A DNA stretch of 64,000 bases, taken from positions 141,670,001 to 141,734,000 of the forward strand of contig NC_042999.1 in assembly GCF_006345805.1 (NCBI RefSeq). The letters run 5' to 3'. Made by a program: the position numbers and the translations under genes. Below are positions 52,243 to 64,000 of the stretch, piece by piece; within the stretch, counting starts at the first letter, position 1; each line of letters begins with the position of its first letter. The DNA comes from Octopus sinensis. Taxonomy: Eukaryota. The notes below the pieces were generated by a model. That model made no database searches and was not told the DNA's origin. It worked only from the letters and a program-made list of their open reading frames with translations.

Positions 52243-52402
52243 GTAAGAAAGATTGTTTACAGTTTGTTGAATATTTTTATATTATTGGAATGCTTTAGGA
52301 AGAATTGAGAAAAAAAGATTTTTATATATATATATATATATATTTTATCTTTTAGTCACAATTTTTCCTACATATATGTCATCTTTTAGTTGCAATTTTC
52401 AT

Positions 52403-52472
<70 letters not shown>
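52403..52472. repeat. (CA)n-(TA)n-(CA)n compound microsatellite
   Basis: Direct reading. Confidence 0.95.
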
Positions 52473-52473
<1 letters not shown>

Positions 52474-52483
52474 TATAATATAA

Positions 52484-52694
52484 ATGAATAACAGATGGAT
52501 AATGCGTCAATTCACTACAGCTGTTTCCAATGAATTTTTGATTAATGGAGACATTACATCATTAGAAAAAACTGTTCCATGTACTCACCTGATGAAAATG
52601 TTTTTTTCTAATGATGTAATGTCTCTGTTGATCAACTAAAAATTTGTCGGAAACAGCTGTAGTGAAGTGATGCATTATCCATTTGTTATTTATT
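52484..52694 (+). mobile_element. Long inverted repeat, probably a Penelope pseudo-LTR with an inverted partial copy and a hammerhead-like core
   Basis: Arms 52484-52571 and 52601-52694 are reverse complements with few mismatches; CTGATGA at 52589 and GAAAC-AGCT-GTA at 52650-52661. Confidence 0.55.
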
Positions 52695-52930
52695 AATTTA
52701 TTATTCACCTATCTCAGAACCTGCTCCTTGTGTAGATTTGAAATATATTATGGACTGTACATTTAGTACAATGTGCATTTCTTGACTAACCTCAGGGCTA
52801 TTGATGAATATCATTTTGCCTGTACTTCGGTACCCACATATGTATTCCTTTATTTTTGTTGTGTACACATTTTACTTTTCAACATGACCTTATCATTTAA
52901 GTGCCTAATTCATTCAAATCCTGATTTATC

Positions 52931-52959
<29 letters not shown>

Positions 52960-52961
<2 letters not shown>

Positions 52962-55336
52962 AGCAGAGGCACCCGGTATTGACCGGGAATGAAACCATTC
53001 CTTATATATTGGAAGAAAAAAGCAAAATATGTTGTATAGAAATTTTATTCTAAATTCAATTTATTCTTTAATTGGGAAATCACTTCTGAATTCATAATAC
53101 AAAATAATAATAATAATAATAATAAACGGAAATACAAAATTTAAAACTTTTGAAGGAAATTATGGAAGAGCTTCTGGGTAAACAGCATTCTTTGTTTTCT
53201 GGTTTAGAGCATAGACAAACAAGTCTTGCAAGCTAGCAACCCTGGAGTAACCAACATAAAGTTGACCATGAGAAAAGTAAGTCAGTAGATTTTAAAGTCT
53301 GACCTTGAGCTTTATTAATAGACATTGCAAGGCAAAGTCACACTGGGAATTGTGTTCATTTGAACTCAAATGGCATGTCTGTTGGTTTGATTGGAATTCT
53401 TGGAATGAAAACCTCTTCCCCAAAGCCACATCCAGTGATGATGGTAGCTTCTGTCACATTAGGTGATAATGTTTTCACAATCAGTCTTGTCCCATTGCAT
53501 AATTTAGGAGGATCTAAATTTCTTAGAAGCATTATTAGGTCTCCTACCTTCAGAAAAAGTTTCTGTGGAGGAGTTCCAGGTGACTCAAGAGAATTAAACT
53601 TGAGGGACTGAATCAACTGATTTGTACTCCTTAATGACTGTTGGAACCTTATTTGTTAATTCATGGTTAATTCTTGCTACTGTCTCATTTTTTGGAGCAA
53701 GAATAGCCCTTTCACACAACCATTTATGTGAACTGTAATTATTATTTAAGTCTGGAAATGCCCTGTTCTTCAATTCAGCTGGGGAATTCACCATGATAGC
53801 AATATGAGCCAAATTGATATCATCATTCCCATCAAATAGTGCTTTCCCATTTCCTAATTGGAGGAGCTAGACTGAAAATTGTTTTGCGCATTGGTTCCCA
53901 TGTAATAAAGCTCACACTTTATTTCATTGGTGTGAAGACTTAATGCATGGTTTTATTTCATCAGATCTGCTAATGTCTGTCTGAAGTCTTCTGATAAAAC
54001 TAATGTAACTCCCCCCATGTCCTCTTATGTCCTGTAAGGTCTTATCAAGAGATTCCATTGCACTTCTATTTGAAATGATGCATTTGATCCCAGATGATAA
54101 GGTGGCATTGGTACAACACTTCTGCTGAACCTGAATCTTTGCATATGTTACAAATTGGGCTGTCATTTGTGACCAGGTTTAGTGGTTATTTAAAAGCAGA
54201 ATGAGCTGTTCGTCCTCTCAAGAGAACGGTGGCAGCAAAGCCAGACAATGCTACAGCAACTGCAATTCTTTTTTGTTGCCTTACTTTGGAGAAAAGCAGT
54301 ATTACAAAATGTTTTACCTGTGCCGCCAGGAGCATCAAGAAAGAAAATTCCTCCACTTTTTTGTAGTGATTGTAGAACGCCACACACACACACAGTATCA
54401 AACTTCAGTTGAAATGATGTGTGTGTGTGTGTGAGAGAGACAAGAACAAGTGAAGGGGTGTATTGTCATGTATACATATATAAGTATACATCTTTTTTGT
54501 ATGTGTGTGTGTGTGTGTGTGTGAGAAAGAGAGAGTGCCACTTAGACATCACTCTCTCTCTCACATACATACAGAAAAGATGTATGCATATGTATGTATA
54601 CATAACACACTTTCAATCAATCTCTCTCACACGCACACAAGCACACATACATAAATGTATACAAACATACATACACAAGCTCGTGCATGTGTCACTGACT
54701 ACAAATACATAGTGCTGAACATGGCACGCAAAAAAGTAAATAAAAATTTTTTAACAGAAATTAACAAATTGTGTGGATTCAAGCGAAAGAATGCCCATAT
54801 TTTTTTGGATGCCCTATGTTGAATTGCAAAATTTTAATGTGATATTTGTGTAATAATGAAATCAAACCTGGAGTGTGTGTGTATGAAAGAGGGGGCACAG
54901 AGAACATTGCAAGCAATGAATTAAATAAATAACATGAAATGAAAAAATCAAGCATAAAAGCACATTAAAAACTATCTTGCATCGAATATTTAAATTTGTG
55001 AACTTAGTAAATATTTCTTTCAGTAATTTATCATAGTTAATAAATAGCAAATTAAAACTTGAAATGAAAACATTAAAATAGAGAATGGGAGATTTCACAA
55101 ATTAAAATGTAAAATTTCACTGTTGCTACATCAATACCAGAAGTTGACATTGAGAAACCTTTTTAAAGAAGTAACTCATAAAAAATATAAAGCAATATTA
55201 TTTATTTTTAATAAAAAAATAAACTGATGACCTTATGTATCAGAGGTCAAATTATTTGTGCATCCCAAATATGAAAGCAATTAGCACAGCCGTTTTCACG
55301 TGAAAAGCAAACACGCTGCAATTATATACATATAGA
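52960..55336 (-). mobile_element. Non-autonomous Helitron (~2.4 kb) with both termini
   Basis: On minus: 5' end A|TCTATATGTATATAAT at 55336; 3' end with hairpin CCCGGT-4nt-ACCGGG (52972-52987) followed by CTTG|T (degenerate CTRR|T) at 52960; helicase relic inside. Confidence 0.75.
53160..54393 (-). pseudogene. Helitron PIF1-family (SF1B) helicase pseudogene
   Basis: Motifs in order: DAPGGTGKTF, GRTAHSAFK, LIIWDQ, EDFRQ, RAILAPKN, LKVGDLIMLLRNLDPPKLCNGTRL, MSINKAQGQTL, SHGQLYVGYSRV, ending YPEALP* at 53160; many frameshifts; no Rep domain. Confidence 0.95.
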
Positions 55337-55430
55337 TCTAGGGAAATTTTATTTCCCAAAGATATAAGATATAGACCCAATGTTTTCTTGGATGTAATCA
55401 TCCCTTTAAGAAATTAATATATCCTCTAAT

Positions 55431-55432
<2 letters not shown>

Positions 55433-55472
<40 letters not shown>
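55433..55472. repeat. (CA)n microsatellite
   Basis: Direct reading. Confidence 0.97.
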
Positions 55473-55475
<3 letters not shown>

Positions 55476-56469
55476 CTCGTTGTAGCAATTTTTAATAAGT
55501 ACTTTTTTTAGTATTTTATATTTTGATGCAATCTCTTTTTGCCCTGTATTTGAATAAAACATTATCACCTAGTTGGTCATTGGAGTATTGCTTGCAGATC
55601 ACATCTTCCTGCAATGTGTCATGGGCAAGCCCATCTCTCTCCAAACCACACTCATTGGAGAATTTATATTTTTTTATATCATTATTAAATATTCTTGCTG
55701 TTTTGCTCTTGTAGTGCTCTTGCTGTTTTTTGAGTACTACCAGGTATTGGCAGTTGGAAAGACTGGACTATTTTAAAACTTAAATATGGACACATCATAG
55801 AGATGTTTAACCCCAAAAGAGCTATGATCTAGTAGACCAATGATCAAAGGCTTCCCTGCTGTGACCATCATAGTTTTATATTGAACTACATTGTCCAGTG
55901 TATCCGTGTGTGATCAGAAGATGATGTGGTTGCTATTTCCAGCAGGTTGAACACTCCTGTAGAGGCTTCTTTGTCGGTGTAAGATTTGTTCAAATACTGG
56001 CTCTTCAACTTTCCATATTCTCTAAAATTTCTTAGCATGAAGTAGAGCATAAGTATTTTTTTATTTATAGCTAATGTTGAACATTGGCTATTAGGTTAGG
56101 TAGGAAAAATTAAACCAATTGTATATCAGCTGTTATTGATATAAGGATATTGTAATGCTTGCTCTCAGGAAAGAGATCAGTCTTATATTTATTGTTTCCT
56201 TCTTTGGTAATCCAAATTTGATACATGTTCATTTAAAAAAAAAATTTTTTTTTTGCACTATAATGTCTGGATAAACAAATTTGATTAAAAAACCCATAAT
56301 CTTTGAAATGTTTTTGATTTTTGTCATTTTAAAATTGTTATCCTGCTTTTGAAATGCAAGTGAAAACAAATCTGTCATTTCCTCATTACTAAGAAATAAG
56401 TTTTCCAGTTTATTCTAAATAGATCATTTCCTACTTAAAAGAAAATCATATTTTGCGGGAAGGGTCTCC

Positions 56470-56471
56470 CT

Positions 56472-56534
<63 letters not shown>
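56470..56534. repeat. (CT)n microsatellite
   Basis: Direct reading. Confidence 0.97.
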
Positions 56535-56538
<4 letters not shown>

Positions 56539-59500
56539 AAGGACTGCAATTGTTTTATTAGTTTTTTGTCTTTTTTTCTATTTGCAGTTTATTTTTGGAT
56601 CTGTCACATAATGGCATTTGTTGGATTCTATAGTTTCACAATTTCTTTTAGATCTCTTATGTATGATTAGATTCTGTTGATATTCTCTGCCATTCTTATT
56701 CTGACCATCTGTTGCTTTTGTGATCATTCTTCCATGCTAAGGTTTTGAAATGTAGATAGTGGATACAGAGTTGAATTGCTACTTGGTAATGTTATTAACA
56801 AAAAACAAGGATATTAATACTAGAAATAACTGGCATGATATACAAAAATTATAGGAAAGTGATATGTTATTTGAATGGAAGTGGCATGTATAATAGAGTT
56901 TGTCTGTAAGGCAAAGTGAATTATGTAGTTAGAAGAAAATAAGTTGTAGATGCTAGAGATGAAGCAGTTGAAAATGCTTCTCTCTCTCCTCTCTCTCACA
57001 AAGCTTTTTTAATACGATTTGCAATTATATCTAAGCTGTATAAACTCTTGAAATAAAATCCTTACAAGAGCTATAGACACATTTTCTACAACTTAGTAAC
57101 AATCATGAGGTGGTGGGGAGGAGGAGTATGTGTGTATGTTGACTTAGACGGAACAAGTAAACCTGTGTATTCTTTTGATAAAGTAAAGATTAATCTTTTA
57201 CACATTAGTGATACACAGATTTCTTGCTTATTCTGAGTTCCCAAAACACACTAAAATATAGAAAGGATAAAAATTATTCCTGATTAAAACACTTGTATAT
57301 TCCAAGTTAATTTCCCAGATGAACCATTGAATATATATTCCAGTAGTATGCACCAAGGTGGATTGGTAAAAGTACTGTGCCCAATTATACAGTACTGTTA
57401 TCAGTATACAAATTAAGACCTGTAAGCCAACCATTTACAGATTAACATGCACATCTTCATCTATTTCACAGGACCATGATAGATTCTCAAACTAATGGCC
57501 CTAATTGGCTCATAATTTCTACAAACATCCAACCATCTTTTAGCTACCTGCACTGCTTAATCATTTTAGTTTCTTGCTCTGATATCAGAATTTGGCTACT
57601 GTTTCTTTATATATTTAGCTCTGCTTCCCAACTTTTTTGTTCCCACACTGTCTATTGCATTTCTTCTTTTTTTTTTTTTAATTATTTGATTGTATACTTG
57701 CTACCCAAAGATCTCATAATACACTAACTTTGGTTTTCAAAATACATGACTATTTTAGCAGTATTTTTTTGGTAATATAAAATTAATTTAAGTGGCAAAT
57801 TAATCTATTTTGAAGTTGTTTATAATGCCTGTCATACTTGTCACCATATGTTGGTAGTTTATCTTTCATGTATTTAATATATGAAAAAAAAAACGTAATA
57901 CATATTGAAATCAGACTATAGCCAACCAGCTGACATAAAACCTATCTTTGGCTACTTATTCATTCCATCTGTTGCTAGTTAAAGTTATAATGTATTTGGA
58001 TGCTATGCTAATACAGTGTTTTGTCATGTTGATGATAAATTCTTCATTATTCCTATTGAAAATAGATTGTTCAATGCTGATGCAAGGGTGTTCTCAGCTG
58101 TAAATGTTGAATAAGTAGATTAAGAAGCACTGCTAGTTCAGTCAGTTTCATTTATACATATACTACTCGTGTTTCTTTTAACATATTTTACACTAAATCT
58201 GGTTAGATTTGGTGTAGATTATTTATTTCATTACTTAATTGCATGTTATAGCTGGTCATAAGTTGCAGTTCATAGGGAACTTAGTCTATAACCTCACTTT
58301 TATTCCCAGTTGACAATTACTTTCACTGAGATTGTTAATGCCCTTGAGAAAAATTTGGACTTCAATGCATTTTATACAGTAAGGCTATTTTTCCTATTAT
58401 TTTATAACAATATAGTATGTAAATTTGCATATGTATTACATTTTTCTGTGTTGCCACATGGTAATGAGTTCAAACTTAAGTCATTTTAAATCCTGGTTTA
58501 TAAGGAAGAAGAAGGCATAAATTATATAAAGAAAAAGCATTGAGCCAGAATATTTTCCAGTGGTTTTATTGACGATAAAGTGCTGTAGTTTTAGTTAGCA
58601 CCTCAAATATCCAAATTAAATTGTGCATTGAAGTGATGTAATTCTTTTCCATATATTCAGCTTTTACTGCTACAATACTGATGTATTATTTATTCTGCTT
58701 TGTGCTGAAATTTCATTTTAATTTATTATTAGATTCTTTTCAATCTATTAGGAATCTACATTCAAACTTGCATTACTGATGAGGAATAAAGAAGAAATAC
58801 TCTTTTGTATATAATGAAGATTCATCACTATTACTGCTGCTACTACTACATCCACCACTACAACACTTTTCAATACTGTCTTCTTCAAATATTGAAGACA
58901 ATTTCCCCATTTCTTATGTAAATTTTTAACCTGAGGGCAAAGCAGCTGATGTAGATAGAAAGCTGTATGAAGTGGTTTACTCCATCTGGTTAGCTTCTTC
59001 ATAGAGATCTGAATTTTTCTGGCATGATAAAGTCTAATATATTAGACATGTCAGTTGACAGACTATTCTCTCTTTCCTTTCATTGAAAAGACTAAAACTT
59101 AATTCATTAGTTATGAATTAGAGAAGTTTTACCCTTTAATTACCTTTTAGATAATTAACGTATTGCTACTTTTTTTTTATCACCATAAGTTTTACATTGG
59201 TTTTCCCATGCAGACATAGGTTACAACAAATCAGCAATGTTGCATCTTGGCATTAATCTTGATACAGCATCATTACCAGTTCTGTCAAGATTGTTTTGAC
59301 TGTTTATTTCTTGGCTTTCTTTAATCTGTAAACATATATGATGGTATTTTTAGTTACAATGCATCTCGTGTAGTTTTCATTGCATGTTTTTATGGTTGCA
59401 TGTCCTATTTATTGCTGACTGCAATGATAAAGTGGGATGGATTTGTTCATCATGACATTTCTAGTAATGTGTTATCTGTTCACACTAAAACCTTGTCCAC

Positions 59501-61459
59501 CCCCATATCAACCTTATACCAGATGACTGTTCGTAAGTGAGCCACTTTACAATATCTTTCTTTCCTCAGTGAAAATTGACAGCTAAAAGGAGCTGAGATT
59601 AAAATTGTTGAAGATTGCATAACTCTCGCTAATCTGGGGCTTAAGCCAGTAAGATCAGATTAAGGATCTATTTTAGATACTAACTTTGCATGTTGATTTT
59701 GTATATTTTATCTTATCAGACATAAAACAAATGCTTCAGTGAGCAAGAGATATACATCATCTTGTATATGTTTCTATGAGCAATCACAATAAGTTTCACT
59801 GAAGGTTTGAGAAATAAAAGCAAGGCAAGAATGTTGGCAAGTTCACTAATGTTAACGATTACAAGGAATGGAGAATCAATGTGTTATAAGGCAAACTTGT
59901 ATGTCACTTACCATCACATCTGTTCTAGTGTTTTATGGCCTTATGTCAATGGTATAAATCACCTTATGAATAGTCCACTGGGCATTCCCAGAATATCTGG
60001 TTTCCTCAACAGCAAAATGAACTGAATTAATGTTGAATTAAATATACTGCCCAAATGAATGACAAAACACCAGCATTGGATTTGAACTCAAGATGCATAA
60101 ACTTGTACCTTAATACTTGATCTCATTTGTGTATGTGGCTTTTCTTCATTTTATTTTTTGTCTGTGGGGCAGTACCATGGCTTTTTGCAAGTGCTCCCAG
60201 ATTGATAAGATTGATGTTAACTTGGAATGTCTGGAGTTCAGCATCTGCAAGGAAATTGTGGGCAGGATGAGAATTTAGCAGTTAATTGTTAGGAAAGACT
60301 TCTGTACAGAATTGGTGGGTAGGACACTGATTGTGATGATGGTGAGAGGAAATTAGATGGGTGTGTTAAGTGGGCCTGGATGAAAGAAATATGTAGCTAG
60401 CTACCTGAGACACAGTGGCCATTGTAGCAGAGATAGAAGATGCAAAGAGAATTGTGTGTATAAATAGTTCTTTGCTAATCAGCTCTATAGTTTTGTGTGT
60501 GTTTGTGTATGGTGTAGCAGCACACTATCTCAAATATGTGAGCTGTACTCGGAGTTATCTCTTAGCTTTGTTGGTTGTTAGCAAATGATTGGAACCAAAG
60601 TACTCTTGGAGGCACTTTTGGTAATACTTTTGGCCACCATGAGAGGTCATCAGAGATTTAGTGTAGCATTTGTAGTAACACTAAGTAACATACAAGAAAA
60701 CTATACAGCTGATTAACAAAGAATTACAGAGACACTTTCTTTTTACTGCTGCTTCTATATTACAATGGCCTCTGAACTAGTACATATTTCCTCTACTCAA
60801 GTCCATCCAGCAGAAGTTGTCAATTCTCCTCTTACTATGTCTTACTCCCACCCACCCAGATCTCGTACTATAGACTATTTTCCTGACAATTCATCCTCCA
60901 AACTGGAAACCTTCGATTCTCTTCTTGCTCATGATTAGCTGTATTTCATATTTACAGAGGGTGTGAAGAACATAGTTGTTTCTTTAATGTGTGTAGTAAT
61001 TTTGAATTTTTGCTGTTAAGAATGATTAAGTTGTCATGTTCTCAGTGAAAGATGTTTCTAATGCCTGGCAAAAATTGCCTTGGTTTTTTTTGTGGGAAGA
61101 TAAGTGTGGTTTTACATGTGTGTAATCATTATGAGAAGAGACAGCATCAGTGAACAGGGAAAAATGAGCGTAAAAGTCATAATTGAAACTTAGGATACAC
61201 CAGAATTGATCAGTACACAGTTAGTGGAATGATCTAACAAGAAACTTCTGATGCAAAACTTTACAGAAATGGATTCTATAAGCAAGTATCTTAGCTAAGA
61301 TGTTCTTTTATACCTGATATGATTAAAAGCTTTAATGAATCAATGGCAACTGGATTGTTTTTGCTGAATCCTCTCAAGAAAAAAAGATCACTGGTACAGC
61401 TGGCTGCATGAAAATAGTATTGGTGATACTGAATGGGGAAGGGTAATGAAGAATTTTAT

Positions 61460-61690
61460 TGCTTATGACTGCCTTCAAGCAGTTGGAAGGGGTGAGCAGT
61501 TGGCAAGGTCAGACAGGTTGCTCTTCTTAGATGGTACACATTAACAGCAAAATGTATACACTCTGGGAGATAATTTATTGATAAACCACTGTGCCAAACA
61601 AAATACCTAGTGGTATTTATTGTACCCAAGTTGCACAGACACTTTTTGGTCACACTCACTGCTGGAAGTGTCATGAAACTTGTGTCCAAA
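61460..61690 (-). mobile_element. Decayed CR1/L2-group LINE ORF2 C-terminal fragment
   Basis: ORF 61456-61689 ...CIHFAVNVYHLRRATCLTLPTAHPF resembles the C..ELA....R.TR....HP end of CR1/L2 ORF2; weak. Confidence 0.3.
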
Positions 61691-62989
61691 ATTGATGATG
61701 AGAAACTTCAAAGTTCTGCTAAAGTTTAGGAGGCTGAAGAGATTCCAAGCTGTATGATGAATGTGCAAAGACATTCTTGGTTTTGGGAATTTGGATACCT
61801 TTACTTCAAAAGATATCTCAACAGGTTAAGGAATTTCTTGAGGATGTTTTATTTTTTTAATCAATATTATTGATGTCATTATGTCTAGTAGAAAAGTAAT
61901 GAATATTTTATGAAAGAAAAAACAAATACTGTAGGACGATTAACAATAACGAATGTATGAGAATATTAAAACTCAAGTCTGAATAATATATTTCTTAGTA
62001 CTCCTGGATTTTTCTTTTTTTTTTACTCTTGGCCTAGAAATATACACTGAATTCAGAATATGTTTTCACTGTGAAGCCATTTTACTAAAGATTGCTGCAG
62101 CTAAATGAAGGTTATCTGAACATACTCAAACCTACTCAAATTTTAACCTTTTAGTGTTCACTATCTATTAGTGTCCTACCTGTTTCCTGCTTGTAAATTT
62201 AGTCTCTTTCTCCAATACCCACTTCTACCCTCACATTTCATTTCTTCCCCCAACCCCCCAACCCTTTGTTCTCTTTCTTTGTCTCTTTCACACAAATGTT
62301 ATTGAGTCAACTTGATCATGTTACAGGAGTTGCAGTGTATATTAGTAATGTTAGATTCGAAAGCTGGTAATGTAGTTGGGACTTCTCACAGCCTGTTGTA
62401 CTTCCATTTATTAGTGCCATTATCTGACTATATTAGTTTGAAAGGGGACAGTTGATGACCTCATTGTCAGTAGCACCTTCATGTATGTAGCTGTATCTTT
62501 TTACATTCTGAGAACAGGAGTTAACTTTGCCTCTGATCTCTCCTGGAGTGATTAAAAATAAAGGTGGGTACCTGAATTAATTCACTCTTTTGTAGCCTTG
62601 TGCAAGTGTAAGAAATTAGTGCTGAAAAATTTTTTCTTTAGAACCCTTGTATGTAATAGCGTAACCCTCGAAATATTATCATTGCACAGCTATATTCTAT
62701 TTAGTTTTTGTTTTCAAGAAACAAAAAAAAAAACTTGCTACAAAAATACCTCTCCCCTCAAATATTACTCCAGACATTGCTTTTAGTATGGTTTACATAT
62801 AAATATTGATTTCTTATATTAGTCTGAACTATGCAAGCACAGAAAATTGGACATTAAAATGATAACAGTGGGCTATAAATTTGTATGAATGCTATGGTTA
62901 AATGAACTGACACCTAGTATATGACTGGTATTTTATGATGGGAGGATGAGTGAAAGACAACGCCAACTCTGAAGAGATTTGAACATAAG

Positions 62990-63355
62990 CACACACTTAG
63001 CTGTGTGGTTAAGAAGCTTGCTTTGGAACCACATGGTTTTAGGTTCAGTCTCACTGTATGACATTCTGGATAAGTGCCTTCTACAACTTCAGGTCAACCA
63101 ATGCCTTGTGGGAAAATTTGGAAGGTAAAAACCATGCAGAAGTCTGTTGTATACATAAGTATATATGTGTTTGTATATGTTCCCCACCACTGTCAGTTTA
63201 CAAATGGTGCTGATTTGTTTCTGTCCCTGTAGCCTAGCAGTTTTGGCAAAGAAACCAATAGGTTATTAGGGTCAGTTTGTTCAACTAAACTCTTCAAAGC
63301 AGTACCCCAGCATGGCCACAGTCCAGTAACTGAAACAAGTAAAAGTTAAGATAAA
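62990..63355 (+). mobile_element. Near full-length tRNA-derived SINE
   Basis: Head GCTGTGTGGTTAAGAAGCTTGC..GGTTCAGTC through tail CCAGCATGGCCACAGTC..ACTGAAACAAGTAAAAG. Confidence 0.85.
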
Positions 63356-63527
63356 AAATAGGTTAGATATAAATACTATGCATTTAATCCAACACTCAGA
63401 ACATTTCAGTCACCCCCACTGCCTTTTAATACATAGAAATATTGAAATTTATCTTATAATATTTTGTCAATAGAAGACAGTAGACTTGGCAGAAATCATG
63501 GAGCATTTATCTAAATACATTATACTT

Positions 63528-63735
63528 AAGGTGGCAAACTGGCAGAAACGTTAGTACACCAGGTGAAATGTTTAGTGGTATTTTGTCTGTTTTTACATTC
63601 TGAGTTCAAATTCCGCCAAGGTTGACTTTGCCTTTCATCCTTTCGGGGTCGATAAATGAAGTACCAGTTGTGTTGATCTAATCAACTGGCTGCCTCACCA
63701 AAATTTCGGGCCTTGTGCCTAGAGTAGAAAAGAAT
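63528..63735 (+). mobile_element. Second SINE family, most complete copy
   Basis: AAGGTGGCAAACTGGCAGAAACGTTAG..GAGTTCAAATTCC (B-box-like)..TTTCGGGGTCGATAAA..GGGCCTTGTGCCTAGAGTAGAAAAGAAT. Confidence 0.9.
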
Positions 63736-64000
63736 CTAAATTATATCAACTTTTGCTTCTCTCTGGATTCTAGGTTGAATCTTACTGAAGTTAGCTTCAC
63801 TTTTTGTCAGTTAGGTTTGATAAAGTAAGTAATTAATATATATTCAGATTAATTCAATTGACTACAAAAATTAATCTATTACCTACTTCAAAATAATCAA
63901 TGATGCTTTTAATATACACTAACAGGAAGCTTACTGGAAGGCGAGTGTTTTTAGTATGTTTAAATATTCTGAAAGAACGCTTATATCAAAACTATCATAA

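Noticed and set aside
56560-57727. Strong-looking acceptors at 56587 and 57471 (ORF 57476-57727)
   Set aside because: No suitable downstream donor or coding signal.
1-64000. CRISPR arrays, rRNA, true tRNA genes, operons or prokaryotic defence systems
   Set aside because: None seen. The tRNA-like A/B boxes all belong to SINE heads, and the sequence is eukaryotic non-coding DNA.

Overview
AT-rich eukaryotic (animal) genomic DNA, essentially all non-coding. The SINE families, the (TA)n/(CA)n/(CT)n microsatellites and the RTE-type tails look like those of an Octopus/coleoid genome; this is recognition from memory, not a database match. No intact protein-coding ORF is visible. The only ORF-track entries with recognisable homology are broken transposon proteins: a Tc1 DD34E transposase (39.4-40.3 kb), a maT/mariner DD37D transposase (48.8-49.8 kb), a Helitron PIF1-type helicase (53.2-54.4 kb) and Penelope-like RT relics. 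CpG is common in the first ~4.7 kb and scarce afterwards, which suggests an unmethylated 5'/promoter-proximal domain followed by a methylated gene body. That gene body is most simply one very long + strand intron. The best host-gene signal is a 37-nt exon at 52206-52242 whose acceptor overlaps a perfect donor (CAG|GTAAGT, a recursive-splicing signature) and which carries a strong-context ATG. Just downstream lie a ~210-nt inverted repeat containing a Penelope-type minimal hammerhead-like core and a Helitron with both termini recognisable. Coordinates of decayed repeats are approximate.
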